A stretch of DNA of 64,000 nucleotides from Rozella allomycis CSF55 (lineage: Eukaryota), in NCBI GenBank assembly GCA_000442015.1, contig KE561068.1, positions 1-64,000 of the forward strand, given 5' to 3'. Numbering within the stretch: the first letter of the stretch is position 1; each line of letters begins with the position of its first letter. This document shows positions 13,558 through 26,532 of this stretch, one piece after another. A model generated the notes under the pieces. It ran no database searches. It worked only from the letters and a program-made list of their open reading frames with translations, and was not told the origin of the DNA. The position numbers and the translations under genes are program-made.

Positions 13558-14396
13558 ATGTGGCCATTTCTTCGAGACATTGATGGAAAAAGGGTATTTG
13601 CACCTTTACGAAGCATTATGGTCTTTCATTTAAGATGGAAAGACAAGTTGTTGACGAGTATTGATACGTTATATCTTTAATCGAGAATATTTTCGTGATC
13701 TCAGCACTCATTCTGACCTTGCCCATAAAGTTCCACCTCACCTCTATCCCACACCAAAATGGATGGATGCACATCATCATTATGATCCATACACGGATAC
13801 AAGAACCCATGAACCAATTTTAGGCCCAGGTGATGATTTTGTGATAGAGTAATTAGAAAGAAAATTTTATTTGGGCACAACTAGAAGACTTGGAGGGCTT
13901 CTATCATCAGGTACTTTTACTCCGCGATACACTCATCCTTATTTGCAATTGTCAAAAGGGGCTTCAAGATTAGAATATCTTGGTCGTAAATATATACACA
14001 ATATGCGAAAAAGGTTTACTCGGGAAGCCTGTTGTCCTAAATTATCCCCTTGTCATGGAAAAGAAGGGGACAATGGATGACCCAATCATTGTTGACACGA
14101 TTATGGGCATTCGTACTGTAGGTTGCACCGGTAATTTAGATACTTGACATTGAACAGGATATCCAAAGTATTCACATGAACAAGTGTACTTTCGAATGAA
14201 AGCTGGAGAGACAACCCGCTGCCCTGATTGCTGCCAGGCATTTCATTTGCGATACATTGTTGATCCAGATGACATTTCCAGAGATTCCGAAAGATTCTGG
14301 AAAACACACGTTGATCCAAACGCAGTCTTTCCGGAAAAGAGTCATGGACATGAAGACCACGGCCATCATGGCGGAAATACTGCTCATCAACATTAA
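13558..14396 (+). CDS. COX4: cytochrome c oxidase subunit Vb (yeast Cox4)-like; 5' exon structure uncertain
   Basis: GASRLEYLG, KGTMDDPIIV, VGCTG|YP..SH and RCPDCCQAF (Zn ligands) match the COX5B family. Confidence 0.8.
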
Positions 14397-14560
14397 TAAA
14401 GATAACGCCTTGATATTGATACTTGCCAATTTACACATGATTTATATATTGATGAGCAACGATGCCGATGGTAAGAGAGATTTTACGAGTATCAATTGTT
14501 GTACAGGTACTGCTGCTGTTCATCAAGACTTTAGGGTTCTTTAAAAAGAACAAAAAAAGA

Positions 14561-14642
14561 TGATTGAAGAGGGGTTAGAACCCTCGCCTCCGAAGAGATC
14601 AGGGCCTAAACCTGACGCCTTAGACCACTCGGCCATTCAACC
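14561..14642 (-). tRNA. tRNA-Leu(UAG), atypical T-loop TTCTAA
   Basis: Reverse complement GGTTGAATGGCCGAGTGGTCTAAGGCGTCAGGTT-TAG-GCCCTGATCTCTTCGGAGGCGAGGGTTCTAACCCCTCTTCAATCA, with a long variable arm. Confidence 0.92.
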
Positions 14643-14799
14643 ATGTCTATTTTTAACCAAAATTATTCATATTTTTATTATCTTTGGGCCGTCTGAGATT
14701 TGATTCAGTTTTGCTATTCCATTGTTATATTTAATATTAATATTACAAAATTACAAATTAATCATGAATAATATTATATATTACTATATTTTATTAGGG

Positions 14800-15165
14800 T
14801 CAGTTTATATTCCCAGGCATGTTTGGAATGTGTGCTCCTCGGCCAGCAGGGGCATCAGATAGTCTTCTACACTTTTTGCCATCATATCTTTTGCCCCGAC
14901 CACAGACTGTGCAACCGTCGCCACCATCCGGAAGCTTAAATGATCGCCCATCTCTGTCGTAGATCCAATGCCTTAATGTTCTTTGAACATCTGGTGCATC
15001 GCATGAACCTTTGGTATAGCAAGAAACATCGTATTCGTTAAACATAGGAATTACATCTTTTGCTAATTGCCAATCTCCGCCTCTTGGACAAGGATTTTTG
15101 ACCTCATTGGATATAACGTACCCCGTAGCTATAGGAGTTAAGAGTACAAGTCCCCAAATATACAT
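14800..15165 (-). CDS. small secreted cysteine-rich protein (121 aa)
   Basis: Signal-peptide-like MYIWGLVLLTPIATG, 6 Cys, intronless. Confidence 0.7.
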   Translation of the reverse strand: MYIWGLVLLTPIATGYVISNEVKNPCPRGGDWQLAKDVIPMFNEYDVSCYTKGSCDAPDVQRTLRHWIYDRDGRSFKLPDGGDGCTVCGRGKRYDGKKCRRLSDAPAGRGAHIPNMPGNIN

Positions 15166-15390
15166 TTACCTTGATCTTGACTCCCCGAAATTCTGTTGCA
15201 TATATACTCTGAAACACCAATTATTTATTGTCGCATCTATATATAAACAAATTTGCTATAAATGGTAATATTATTTCCTGCTTTATTGCCTAATGACATT
15301 TCATATAAAAAATTTCCTTTTTTATCATATATTCTGGAAAATTCCCCTGCCTATATTGGCAGAGCGAGCACCCCTGTATCGACGAGAGAA

Positions 15391-17165
15391 ATGTTTCGAC
15401 TTGCCGCAAAGAATACACTTTCAACTCTTAAGAAGCCACTTGCTTTTTCACCAAGATTATATTCTCAAGCTAAAGAAATCCGATTTGGGGATGACGGACG
15501 CAGTGCCATGGGCAGAGGAGTCAATATTTTGGCAAATGCAGTAATTATATTGAATATCTTTGAAAGGTTGCTGTTACCCTTGGCCCAAAAGGAAGAAATG
15601 TTATTATTGAGCAATCATATGGTCCTCCAAAAATTACCAAAGATGGAGTAACAGTTGCAAAGGCAATCACTTTGGAAGATAAGTTTGAAAACTTGGGTGC
15701 TCGTGTAGTTCAAGATGTCGCTCATAGAACAAATGAAGAAGCTGGAGATGGAACAACTACAGCTACCGTTCTTGCCAGAGCTATATTCACCGAAGGATTA
15801 AAGAGCATTGCCGCAGGAGTCAATCCAATGGATTTGAGAAGAGGTGTGACTTTGGCAGTTAACACTACAATTGATTTTTTGAAATCAAATGCTACAACGT
15901 AAGAACTTCTAGCGATTTTCAAAAGTGTTACAACACCTGAACAAATCAAACAAGTCGCAACAATTTCCGCTAACGGAGATGAACATGTAGGACAACTTAT
16001 TGCTGATGCTATGGTTAAAGTTACTAAGGAAGGTGTCATCACTGTCCAAGATGGAAAAACTTTGAATGATGAATTGGAAGTTACTGAAGGAATGAAATTT
16101 GATCGTGGTTTCATTTCGCCATATTTTGTCACCGACGCCAAGTCCCAAAAAGTTGAATATGAAAATGCACTTATTTTGCTTTCTGAAAAGAAAATCTCTA
16201 ACGTTCACGATATCATTCCAGCTCTTGAAATCGCCGCTACAACAAGACAACCTTTGTTGGTTGTTGCTGAAGATGTTGACGGAGAAGCTTTGGCAGCCAT
16301 GTTGGTTAACAAATTAAGGGGACAAGTTTCTTGCTGTGCAATTAAAGCTCCAGGCTTTGGTGATAACAGAAAGAACATTCTCGAAGATATTGCTATTGTT
16401 TCTGGAGCCAAAGTATTCAATGATGAAGTTAATACCAAGTTGGACAAACTCACTCGTGATCAATTGGGAGTTATTGCCAACGCTGTTATTACCAAAGATG
16501 ATACAATTTTTATGAATCTTAAGACTGACGCTACTTTGGTTCATGAACGTTGTGAAGCTATTCGTCAATCAATCAGTGAAACTACTTCAGAATATGAAAA
16601 AGAAAAACTTCAAGAACGTTTGGCCAAACTTCGTGGAGGAGTTGCTGTTATCAAGGTTGGTGGTGTTTCAGAAGTAGAAGTTGGTGAAAAGAAAGACAGA
16701 TTCGTTGATGCATTGAATGCTACCCGTGCTGCTGTTGAAGAAGGTATTATTCCTGGAGGTGCTTCTGCTTTGGTCAAGGCTGTTCCAATCATAAATGAAA
16801 TGGCTTCTAAAGAACAAAACTTTGATGTTAAATTAGGACTTCAAATTGTAGCTAAAGCTATTCAAGCACCACTAAAGACTATTGTTGACAATGCTGGACA
16901 AGAAGGTGCAGTTGTTGTAGGACAAGTTTTATCTAACCACAAAAACTTCCCATACGGATACAATGCTGCCATTGGTGAATATTGCAATATGATTGAATCT
17001 GGAATTGTTGATCCCTTGAAAGTTGTTCGCACCGCATTGAATGATGCATCTGCTATTGCTTCTTTATTGTCTACATCTGAAGCTGGAATCGTCTCTGTTG
17101 AAAAGAAGGAATCAGGATCCGCACCAGGAATGGGAGGTATGGGTGGAATGGACGGTATGATGTAA
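15391..17165 (+). CDS. HSP60: mitochondrial chaperonin Hsp60, 2 introns
   Basis: Presequence [47 protein letters not shown] tail. Confidence 0.98.
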
Positions 17166-17247
17166 AATTATTTCATAAATCATTTTATTTTGATATATTT
17201 ATAGACATTATTTAAAATTGATTGCTTTATTTTGTCTTTTTTAAAAT

Positions 17248-18539
17248 CTATAGTATGTTTTGGGATTCCACCCATTCACAGAATATACATGCGCATTTCT
17301 TACCATCTTTTCTGGATGTTATTTCCACTAAATTTAGAAATTCATTCAGCTGATCTTCAAAACTACCATTTTCTTTTCTCTTCTTTGTCTTTTTCTCCTC
17401 CACTAACGTGTCATATGGTGATTGGATTTTCTCCTTTTCTTTGCTTTCAGGACCATTCAATTTGTCAATAAAAGTATTCCGCATCAAATGTTTTTTGCCA
17501 TCTTCTTTAACTGCACATTTTGGTGGAGAAATATTTTCAATTGTTAAGTTTGGTATTAATGATTCCGATACTATATTGTCACTTTTAGCATCTTGAACAA
17601 TCAAAGTCTTTTTGACCTCCGCTTTATTAGAAACTTTAGGCTTTCGACTTTTCCTTGGTTTCGTTTTCACATTCACTTCTGGAAGAGAAGTAATAATATT
17701 AGGTGTGACAAAGGCTTTGTTTGAAAATAGTTCTTGCTGTGGACGAAATGGTGACTGCAAATTCAAATACACAGGAGGCAAAGAAAATCCACTCGGGCAA
17801 AACTGCGAATTCAAACCGGGTTGAAATTGAGAATAGGCCGATATGTAAGGTAATGAAGGGAGAACAGAATGTGAAAGTGCAAACGGGTTTAATGCGGGTA
17901 ATGAATACGGAGTATTAGGAATAGGTAATGTGTTGCGATATTGAATTTCTTTAAACCCATTGGGATGTAAATTGGTGGATGGGGTATTCGTTGGAATGAT
18001 TTGATTGTCAACGTTTGTCCCTAACTGTGTCGATCTCCGCTCTAGATGTTGTGGTATTTGAGATTGTGTCATTATGGAATTAGTTCTTAATCTCTTTCTT
18101 ATCGGTGGCAACCTAACTGCCATTTTCCTATCTTGCAATGTTAGCTGATCATCATTCAATCCATTGGCCGGTAAAAGATCAGGCGTGGAGCAATCCGCAT
18201 TTAATTCTACAGGTGTGACTTTTGGCAAGGCTTGATGAATATCTTTCAATGGACTTTTTCCAAGTCTGTCATGAATCTTCTCTGCATCATTCTGATTGGT
18301 GAATTCAAGTTGTATTTTTATTCCAGAACCAAGCTTAAATGCAATTATTTTGTCTTTCCTCGCAATTTTGTCTATCATTGTTGGTGTCACTCTCAACTCG
18401 ATCAATATTATATTCAACCCTCATCTCTTACCTTTTCTATCAATATACTGTTCGAAGATTCAAAAAATATTAGTGAGCACATGTTGTAATGTTCCCATGA
18501 AGTTCGAAATACCGATGCTTTCTTTAGCGAATATTCCAT
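17248..18539 (-). CDS. hypothetical protein, possible REC114-like N-terminal PH domain
   Basis: First exon MEYSLKKASVFRTSWEHY joins the 389-aa ORF through a GTAAG intron; long low-complexity middle. Confidence 0.55.
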
Positions 18540-18743
18540 TACTGACCCCTGTAAAATAGAAAGACTTCGATGGCAAAATTTGAAAATCTAGGTATGCAGG
18601 TCAATTGAAAGCATGAAATATATGAAGCAATATTCCAAAATCTGATCATAATACCAAATAAAGCATCAAGCCCCATTAAACCTCGTTTATTAGTTAAAGA
18701 AGTTAAAAATTATTGTTTATGCTAAATATGCCTTAAATTAATC

Positions 18744-19911
18744 TTACTTAATCGTTTTACTCATAAATTCTTGATATTGTTTTTCTAATTGGTCATTCCA
18801 AAATGCACCATTGTCTTTATTCCAGTGTAAACTAGAGAAAATAGCCTGAATTGACACAGATGGCCGAATTTGTTTCAGTGCGTTTTCAAAATCGCTTAAT
18901 TTTAGTGGCCTCAGTGGCCCTTTTATCATTTGTATTGATTTAAACTCTCTAATCGGTGCTATGTTAAAAGCACACTGTCATATTACCCTTTGCAGCCTCG
19001 CGACAAACATTAGCTAAATCAGATCCTGAATAACCGTCTGTTAGATTGACAAGAGTTTCAAAATCTTTCTCACTCAATTCATAAGGCGTTTCTTTCAGTA
19101 GATTTTTCACAAGCTGCTCCCTTCCTGATCTTGATGGCAGCGGAATGTATATTTTCTTTTGAAAACGACGAAGAACTGCCTCGTCAATGTCATCCGGTCG
19201 GTTAGTTGCGGCAATAAATGTAATGCGGTCAGTGGATGACGATCCTACACCATCCTATCAACAATCAACAAAAAATATTACCATTTGAATGAGAAATTCT
19301 GTCTTGATCTTTCTTGAAATCTCGTGCTCGTTGCTATTTCTTTTACCTAGCACAGAGTCAATTTCATCAAAAAATATAATTGATGGTTGACGCCTTTTCG
19401 CCAGTCTAAACAGTGCACTAACCAGTTTTTCAGAATCTCCATAGTATTTTGATGCCAAGTCGGACGCGCTTATCGAAATAAATGTGCTCTTGAGCTGACT
19501 CGCTATACATTTGGCTATCATAGTTTTTCCTGTTCCTGGCGGACCAAACAACAAAAATCCCTTTTCTGGAGTCATAATTCCAGTAAAAAGCTCTGGTCGG
19601 AGCGAGGGCCATACAACCATTTCTTGAATAGCTTTCTTTTCCTCTTCCAAACCAGCGATATCATCCCAAGTGAGCTTTGAGACATTTTCAATTACTCTCT
19701 GTTCTAAGATTCTATCGTAATCAGGAGGCGCATCAAAATTATTCGGATTTTGGTTTTGGAACATATTTTGTTGTTGATTTTTTAAATACGTTTTGGAATC
19801 ATAGATCTTTGCATCATTCTTGTCTTTGTTTCCGAGTAGAACGGACATGACAATTATAGCCATGACTAGAATGCATATAATAACATGCGTCGATTTTATC
19901 TTGTCGCTCAT
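18744..19911 (-). CDS. fidgetin/spastin-like AAA ATPase with N-terminal hydrophobic helix, 2 introns
   Basis: WDDIAGL, GPPGTGKT, IIFFDEIDS, IAATNRP.DIDEA..RRF.KKIYIPLP, GYSGSD, IRPSVS. Confidence 0.9.
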
Positions 19912-20021
19912 TAAATATATTTGTATTTTGTAGCAGTGGCTTGGAAAGTTTGGAAATATTTTCAATCTAAAATTAGAAATTACAATTAAAAATTATGCAT
20001 TAATACATTATAAACAATTTA

Positions 20022-23000
20022 TTAACGCCTTTCTTTAACAAATACTTTCAGAAGTGCAAACGCAAGGATTAAAAGAGAACAGAACATCACCGACAAAATT
20101 ACAATGTTGCGCCAGTAGCTTTTAATGTTAAATCCAAACTGATTTAGAATAATAGTTCCGGGTATCTTTTAATGTTGTATAATATCTTTACCTCTATTTC
20201 TACAACGTCCGTATCGTGAAGGTTAATTTTGACGAGTTCATTAACGATCATAGCTTCGTAACCATAATTAAAGACACTCAAGTATTTTAGCCACGAAAAC
20301 ACTCCAATGATTTTATCTTTGTTTAATAAAAATCCAGAAAATAACATTGAGAATAGCATTGTCAAAGTTGCAACAAGGTTTCCAACAGCAGCGTGTTTGA
20401 AAATAAGTGCGATTACAAGGCATATAGCAGCGCAACATAAATTGAACAACACCAGTGCTAATAAGAATTTGGGCATTGCGTTATCCAATGGATACAATCC
20501 AACCATGTAATATACAATGGAGCCGAACAGCAAAGGAGGTACAGTTCTTAGTGGAATGATATCGAAAAGAATTTTTGTTACAAAATATGCCGATGGAGAA
20601 TAGAAGCCATTCGATCTTTCTCGAGTAAACAACAATCTCTCTGGCGCAAATAGTTCTAGACTTGTTAAACTACTTAAACCAAAAAATGCACAAATAAAGA
20701 ATAAACATCCGAGTCTATTTTGTACTCCTGGCAGATCATTCGATACCTGCCAGAACAAGAAACCAGTAAAGACAGCTAAAACCATGCTAATTAAATAATG
20801 AGAGAATAATAGGAATGGATTCCTGTAAAGATTTAAAAGAGTGCGGCCTGAAAGAATAGAAATCTGAGTGAAATAGGAAGCTCCTTTCAACTTGTCTCTA
20901 GAGTGCATTGTATCAAGGAATAAAGCAGAACTTGTTTGATCTAAATTGTTTTTCAAAGAGTGCATTAAAGTCTCCCCTGCCGAGGTTTGATAAAAGGAAG
21001 AAGAAAACTTTTGAATTCTTTTTTCAATATCAGTTAGGTCATTATCACTGGGTATAACGGATATTGTATTTGCGGACTTTTGGCGATGATGATTTTGACG
21101 ATGGTGGGGCTTCTTAAAAAATGAAGAAAGAAAAGATTTCTTTTTAGGTGAGTATTGAGTTGTTGGAATCTCAGTAGATAATAGCTGTTTTCTTTCTGGA
21201 GATCTTGTTGGCGACCTTTCGGGGGAAATGTCTCTTACAGGAGAATTGTCTTCGGATGAAAATGATTTCGATGATGTTTCTGAAGCTAGCATATCTTCAC
21301 TCTTCAATGTTAAATCTATTAAGAAATCAGCTGTATTGTATCCCAGAGGACATGGGTATCCAAATGTTTCAAAATGATTGCCCGCAGCATTTGCTACTCC
21401 ACTATAAACCTGTGATAGTAAATATATGAAAATACCATTTGTCCATTAGCTAGCAATAACAATTTATCAAACTTTGTATAAATATTTGATCTAGGCTGAT
21501 GAATCGTAAAGATTATAGTTCTATTGTAATCAATAGCCAGACGTGATAATGTTTCAATCACTACAAAGGCATTATAAGCATCCAAACCAGAAGTTGGTTC
21601 ATCCAAAAACAAAATGGGCGGAGAAGTAACCAATTCTTGTGCGATGCTAACACGTCGTTTCTCACCACCCGAAATTCCTCTTTTTCCAGGGGCTCCAATC
21701 TTTCTATCAGCGATGTGAGATATCCCTAATTCATCCATAGTTTGTTGAACTCGATGCTTTTTGGCTTTCAATGACATCTCTCGAGGTAATCTCAACATGG
21801 CCGAGTACATTAAAGTTTCTCTCACAGTCAAAGTACCCAACAAAGTATCTTCTTGGTCTACAAATCTTTTAAATTCTACTTTGATATATTACCCTATAAC
21901 TTTCTTAAAATCTTTGGGGTTTATTTCAGTCCCATTAACACTAATTGTTCCACTACATGTTCCCATCTTGGATTTTCCAGCCAATATATCAAGACAAGTA
22001 CTTTTTCCAGCCCCTTTGATAAGCAAAATAGGTGTTAGTTACCAGATCCACCCATAATCGCTAATAGTTCTCCAGGTTTAACAATGCCAGATACTTTATC
22101 TAAAATCTGCCTATCACCTTTATTAAACATGAATAAAAACAATACCTATCTTATAACCAATGTTTTCAAAGGCAAAGCAAGCTGGAATATGTGATGCAAT
22201 CAGCTTTTCACTCTCATCTGCTACATCTCCATCATCTCTGCCCAATAGTCTTTTCTGTCGTTTCACATAAATCTTAAATGCTTTTATTTCTTTAGCAATT
22301 TTTTACCCATCCCCAAAAAGGCTACAAAAACGATTGCAGAAAAGCCAATCCCGACAATTAAAGTTGAATCAACAGTTTTGATCGGTGGCTTTTTCATTTG
22401 AATTTTATTCTTACTTCATATCCTGGAATTTGACTAGGGAGTAGACATTCACCAGTCTTGCATTTCAATTCAACACCATTACTAAAATAAACATCCAATA
22501 CAGGCTCTAAGTAATAATTACTCACTATGAAAAATACCGCTAAACAAGCAGTTGGTACTGTTCATGCACTTTAAACTTCCAGGGCCTTGCACAGCGTCTA
22601 GAGCATCTGTAATGTCTATACCATCCGGATCACACAATAATGTTCCAGGCGCACATTTACAACTCGCTTTGGGACAATAATATTCAGTTTCATTATTTGG
22701 CTCTAATCAAATACAAAATATTCAACTACTCTTTCGCAAATTACAATTTTCTAAATTGCAATAAAAGTTCTCTTCGTTCATCACAAAAACTATCGTATAT
22801 TTTTTAGATATTTACATTGAATGGAACATGTAGACTGCTCATAAGCACTAGGCGCTGTACACTGAGTTGTAACATATGGCTTTTTGTCTCCCAACCCCAT
22901 TTGCAAAAGCGGTGGCAACTTGACATCACATGATCTAAACTGTTTGTTAACCACAATGCCTTCTTTGTAACATGTAGCATTAGTCCCAGGACCAAAAAAC

Positions 23001-23415
23001 GCGACGCAGGCATCGTCCGTTAAACATACTAATTCCAAACTTTCGATTTCAATTACCATTACAGTTTACACCTGTCCACCCATCATCGCATTCACATAAA
23101 TCATCTCCATTAGGTGGTTTTCGTTTTTTATTTACAGGTGACTGACACACTAATTTTACAAACAAATAAACCCGTACGTGGGGTACCGCACGCATCTCCT
23201 CCAAAACCCATAGGACAATCCGTGCATTTACCATTATTTGTGCTACACGTACTATTGTTTAAACAAATTCCGTCTTTTAAACAGTCGAAACATGTGGGAC
23301 ATTGTGGACAGTCTGCGACCAAGCGTTGCATTCTAGATAATCGGTCGATAAATGGTTTCTGAGAAGACACGTGTGATATAATCATTGCAGTGCAGAGTAA
23401 AATTAAAAACATCAT
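20022..23415 (-). CDS. ADP1: ABCG half-transporter with Cys-rich EGF-like N-terminus (ADP1-like), about 12 introns
   Basis: Signal peptide, [43 protein letters not shown] domain, ends FVKERR. Confidence 0.92.
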
Positions 23416-23786
23416 GCGGGGTAACCTGGTTGTAACCAAGCGAAATTTACTAATTAAAGGTGCTGGAAAAAATTCTTCTCCTTTATAGGACGAAAATCAC
23501 TTTACTAATTTTAGTATAATCTGAGTCGACTTTAGAAACGTTTATTGGAAAATCAGTTAATACCATTTTCACTTTGAGGTTTTCCCCTTTAATGTATGGT
23601 GAAAACCGTTGCGTCAAGAAATTAAGCTCTTAGAAGTAAAATTTATTTAAGGTGAAGGTTTGTTGCATTACCAAATCTAAAGTTAGTAACTACAAGCCAG
23701 AAATAGATTCTGTTCGCAGTCCAACCAATAGAAATCATCATTCATCGGAGCAAACTATAAAAGAAACAGCATCTCCTTTTTACGTC

Positions 23787-24680
23787 ATGGATAAGTGCAC
23801 CCACCCCTGCATGACTTTTGATCTTGATAAGAAATATACACTCCAAGAATTCATAGCTTTGAACGAACAAACTGATTTTCCTATTGAAATAGATGGAGAA
23901 ATAGTGTCGGGGTTTGAGTTGCTTGAAGACGGAAGATTATTACCTACACCTCAAACACCGCCTTTCAAAGAATGGGCAGTCTTAGAAATTGGTGCTATTC
24001 TGCGCGATTATGCGAAATCAAAGATTTGTCCTGGCAACGTTACATCTTCTCAGGGTGGTTACAAGTTTGCACAATACAACCTTGAAGTGAATGACGGGCA
24101 TGGGCACATAAGAACCATCATTAGAGCGCCCGATATCGCATTTGTCCCAAGAAATGTTGCTCGTAACCTTGATGCAAATCAACTCTTTACCTTCAAGGGT
24201 GAACCGTTTACACCTACTTTTGTAATAGAAGTTGAAGATATATCCACAACAAGCAGGTACGAAAAGATAAAAAAGAAGATCTGTGAAGAATATTTTTCTG
24301 TCAACTCGTCGATTCGCCTTGCTTGGCTTATCGATCCGCAGAATAAAATAGCAGTGGAATTTTATAGAAACGCTCTTGGAAAACTTGTATGGAAATACCA
24401 TAATCCCTGGGTTAATCTTTCTGGAAGGGACACGCTGCCTCAGTTTACATTGCGAGTGAAGAGTCTGAAGTATGACCTAGAGAGGAACCTTATTTCTACC
24501 AGTGACGAAGAAGATGATATAGATATAAAATGCCCAACATGTGAATTTTCATACAACAATTATGAAGATTTCATTTGGCATTTCCAAGATCAGCATGTTG
24601 GTCCAAGTAAAGAAGCCAAAGAAGATAGAAAACGGGTAAGACAGAGGAGTCTTTCCCCGCGCAAGAAAATGAGACAATAA
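23787..24680 (+). CDS. Uma2 (DUF820)-family PD-(D/E)XK endonuclease with C-terminal C2H2 finger
   Basis: FELLEDGRL, RAPDIAFV, PTFVIEV, EYF..IRLAWLIDP, then CPTC-x12-H-x4-H and a basic tail. Intronless; first ATG at 23787. Confidence 0.8.
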   Translation: MDKCTHPCMTFDLDKKYTLQEFIALNEQTDFPIEIDGEIVSGFELLEDGRLLPTPQTPPFKEWAVLEIGAILRDYAKSKICPGNVTSSQGGYKFAQYNLEVNDGHGHIRTIIRAPDIAFVPRNVARNLDANQLFTFKGEPFTPTFVIEVEDISTTSRYEKIKKKICEEYFSVNSSIRLAWLIDPQNKIAVEFYRNALGKLVWKYHNPWVNLSGRDTLPQFTLRVKSLKYDLERNLISTSDEEDDIDIKCPTCEFSYNNYEDFIWHFQDQHVGPSKEAKEDRKRVRQRSLSPRKKMRQ

Positions 24681-24747
24681 AACTTTCATTCATATTTCAA
24701 ATTGTCAATTCTTTTTTAAATATATTAATTTTTTTATCTTTTACGGC

Positions 24748-25020
24748 CCAGACGTTAGAAAGGTTTATTGGCGTGATCATTTTGATCTCGAATACACTTG
24801 AGACTCACTTTAGGACCTGGTCAAAAAGGAAGATCTAATATTCTTCTACATCACGAGGACTACAACAATAGATCTAATGCTCTATTGAGTTTTGCAAGCA
24901 CATAGGATCGAAAGGCTAAAGCGAATTTGTTTATTCATCCACATCAACTCATTGTGTAGGACGACGACGAAAGATGTACTTTCGGTGGATTCTAGAGTTG
25001 TTGAAACTTGAATATATTTA
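24748..25020 (+). pseudogene. possible decayed DOPA 4,5-dioxygenase-like gene
   Basis: Interrupted frames read VYWRD.., RG.., CSIEF.., LFIHPHQLIV*DDDERCTFGG..LNI, loosely echoing the family's VYW/GPH/LIHP..DH motifs. Confidence 0.25.
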
Positions 25021-25099
25021 TTTAATTAATAAATAAATCTTTACTTCATACATTTTAATTCATATTTTCCAAAACACTTCGACTATAACCCTTGCAATT

Positions 25100-26532
25100 A
25101 TGGCATCGACTTCAGCTACAAAGCCTATCTGGGAGGACACTCAAGCCCTCGAAGACTTGGGCCAAGAAATATTAAGAGCATCCACTGAGGACATTATGAA
25201 TCGCACTCGTTTGCTCGAAAATGAAATCAAGGTAAGGAGTTTCATAAGGATCAATAGATTATGAGAAGTGAATTAATGAGACTTCAACATGAACAAGCAA
25301 CTATGGAAGACAGCATAAAAAGCAACAAAGAAAAAATTAAGGTGAACAAGCAAATGCCATACATTGTGTCAAACGTTGTCGAAGTACGTGTCTTATTTGT
25401 TTATAAAAAGGTACTGGATGTCAATCCAGAAGATGAAGAAGAGGAAGAAGGTGCTAACGTGGACTTGCACTCCAAGATTAAGGGTAAATGTGCAGTAATC
25501 AAAACCTCCACTCGTCAAGTAAAACTAAAATTTCAAACTTTATTAGACTATTTTCTTACCAATGATCGGTTTAGTCGATCCTGACAATCTTAAGCCCGGT
25601 GATTTGATTGGTGTTAACAAAGACAGCTATTTGATTTTGGAGGCGTTACCAACCGAATTTGATTCGAGAGTTAAAGCTATGGAAGTTGATGAGAAACCCA
25701 CTGAGGATTACAATGATGTTGGTGGTTTAGATAAACAAATAGAAGAGTTGGTTGAAGCTGTTGTTTTACCGATGACACACAAGGAAAGGTTTCAAAAGCT
25801 TGGAATTAAACCTCCAAAAGGAGTTTTAATGTATGGTCCCCCAGGAACAGGTAAATAAATACAGTGGGAATTATTAGGAAAAACTTTGTTGGCAAGAGCT
25901 TGTGCTGCACAAACCAATGCCACTTTTTTGAAATTGGCAGGACCTCAACTTGTTCAAATGTTTATTGGTGATGGAGCCAAAATAGTTAGGGATGCGTTCC
26001 AATTGGCGAAAGAAAAGGCACCTGCAATTATTTTTATTGATGAATTGGATGCTATCGGAACGAAGAGATTCGATAGCGATAAAACTGGTGATCGTGAAGT
26101 TCAAAGGACAATGTTGGAATTATTAAACCAACTTGATGGTTTTAGCTCCGATGACCGTATAAAGGTGATTGCTGCAACCAACAGAATTGACACACTTGAC
26201 CCAGCTTTGTTACGTTCTGGTCGTTTGGATCGAAAAATTGAATTTCCCCATCCGAATGAAGAAGCTAGAGCAAGAATCATTCAAATCCATTCCCGTAAAA
26301 TGACATTGGAACCGGATGTCAACTTTGACGAGTTGTCCCGTTGTTGTGAAGACTTTAATGGAGCTCAATGTAAAGCTATTTGTGTGGAAGCCGGAATGAT
26401 TGCCTTGCGCAGAGGTGCGGTTAGTGTTTGCCATGAGGATTTTATGGAAGGTAAGTTTGTTTCTCATTCGTGACCAAAGGTATACAGGAAGTTCAAGCAA
26501 AGAAAAAGACTGCCTTGCAATACTATGCTTAA
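25100..26532 (+). CDS. RPT5: 26S proteasome AAA ATPase Rpt5, 5 introns
   Basis: [48 protein letters not shown], ends KKTALQYYA. Confidence 0.98.

Noticed and set aside
13830-13910. 81-nt introner-like intron with TGATGA/TCATCA inverted ends in COX4
   Set aside because: A standard 27-nt GT-AG intron (13830-13856) or a 36-nt one also restores the frame; this cannot be resolved without RNA data.
18403-18431. Third GT-TG intron as firm evidence
   Set aside because: An in-frame canonical AG exists 6 nt further on, and the protein is too poorly conserved to decide.
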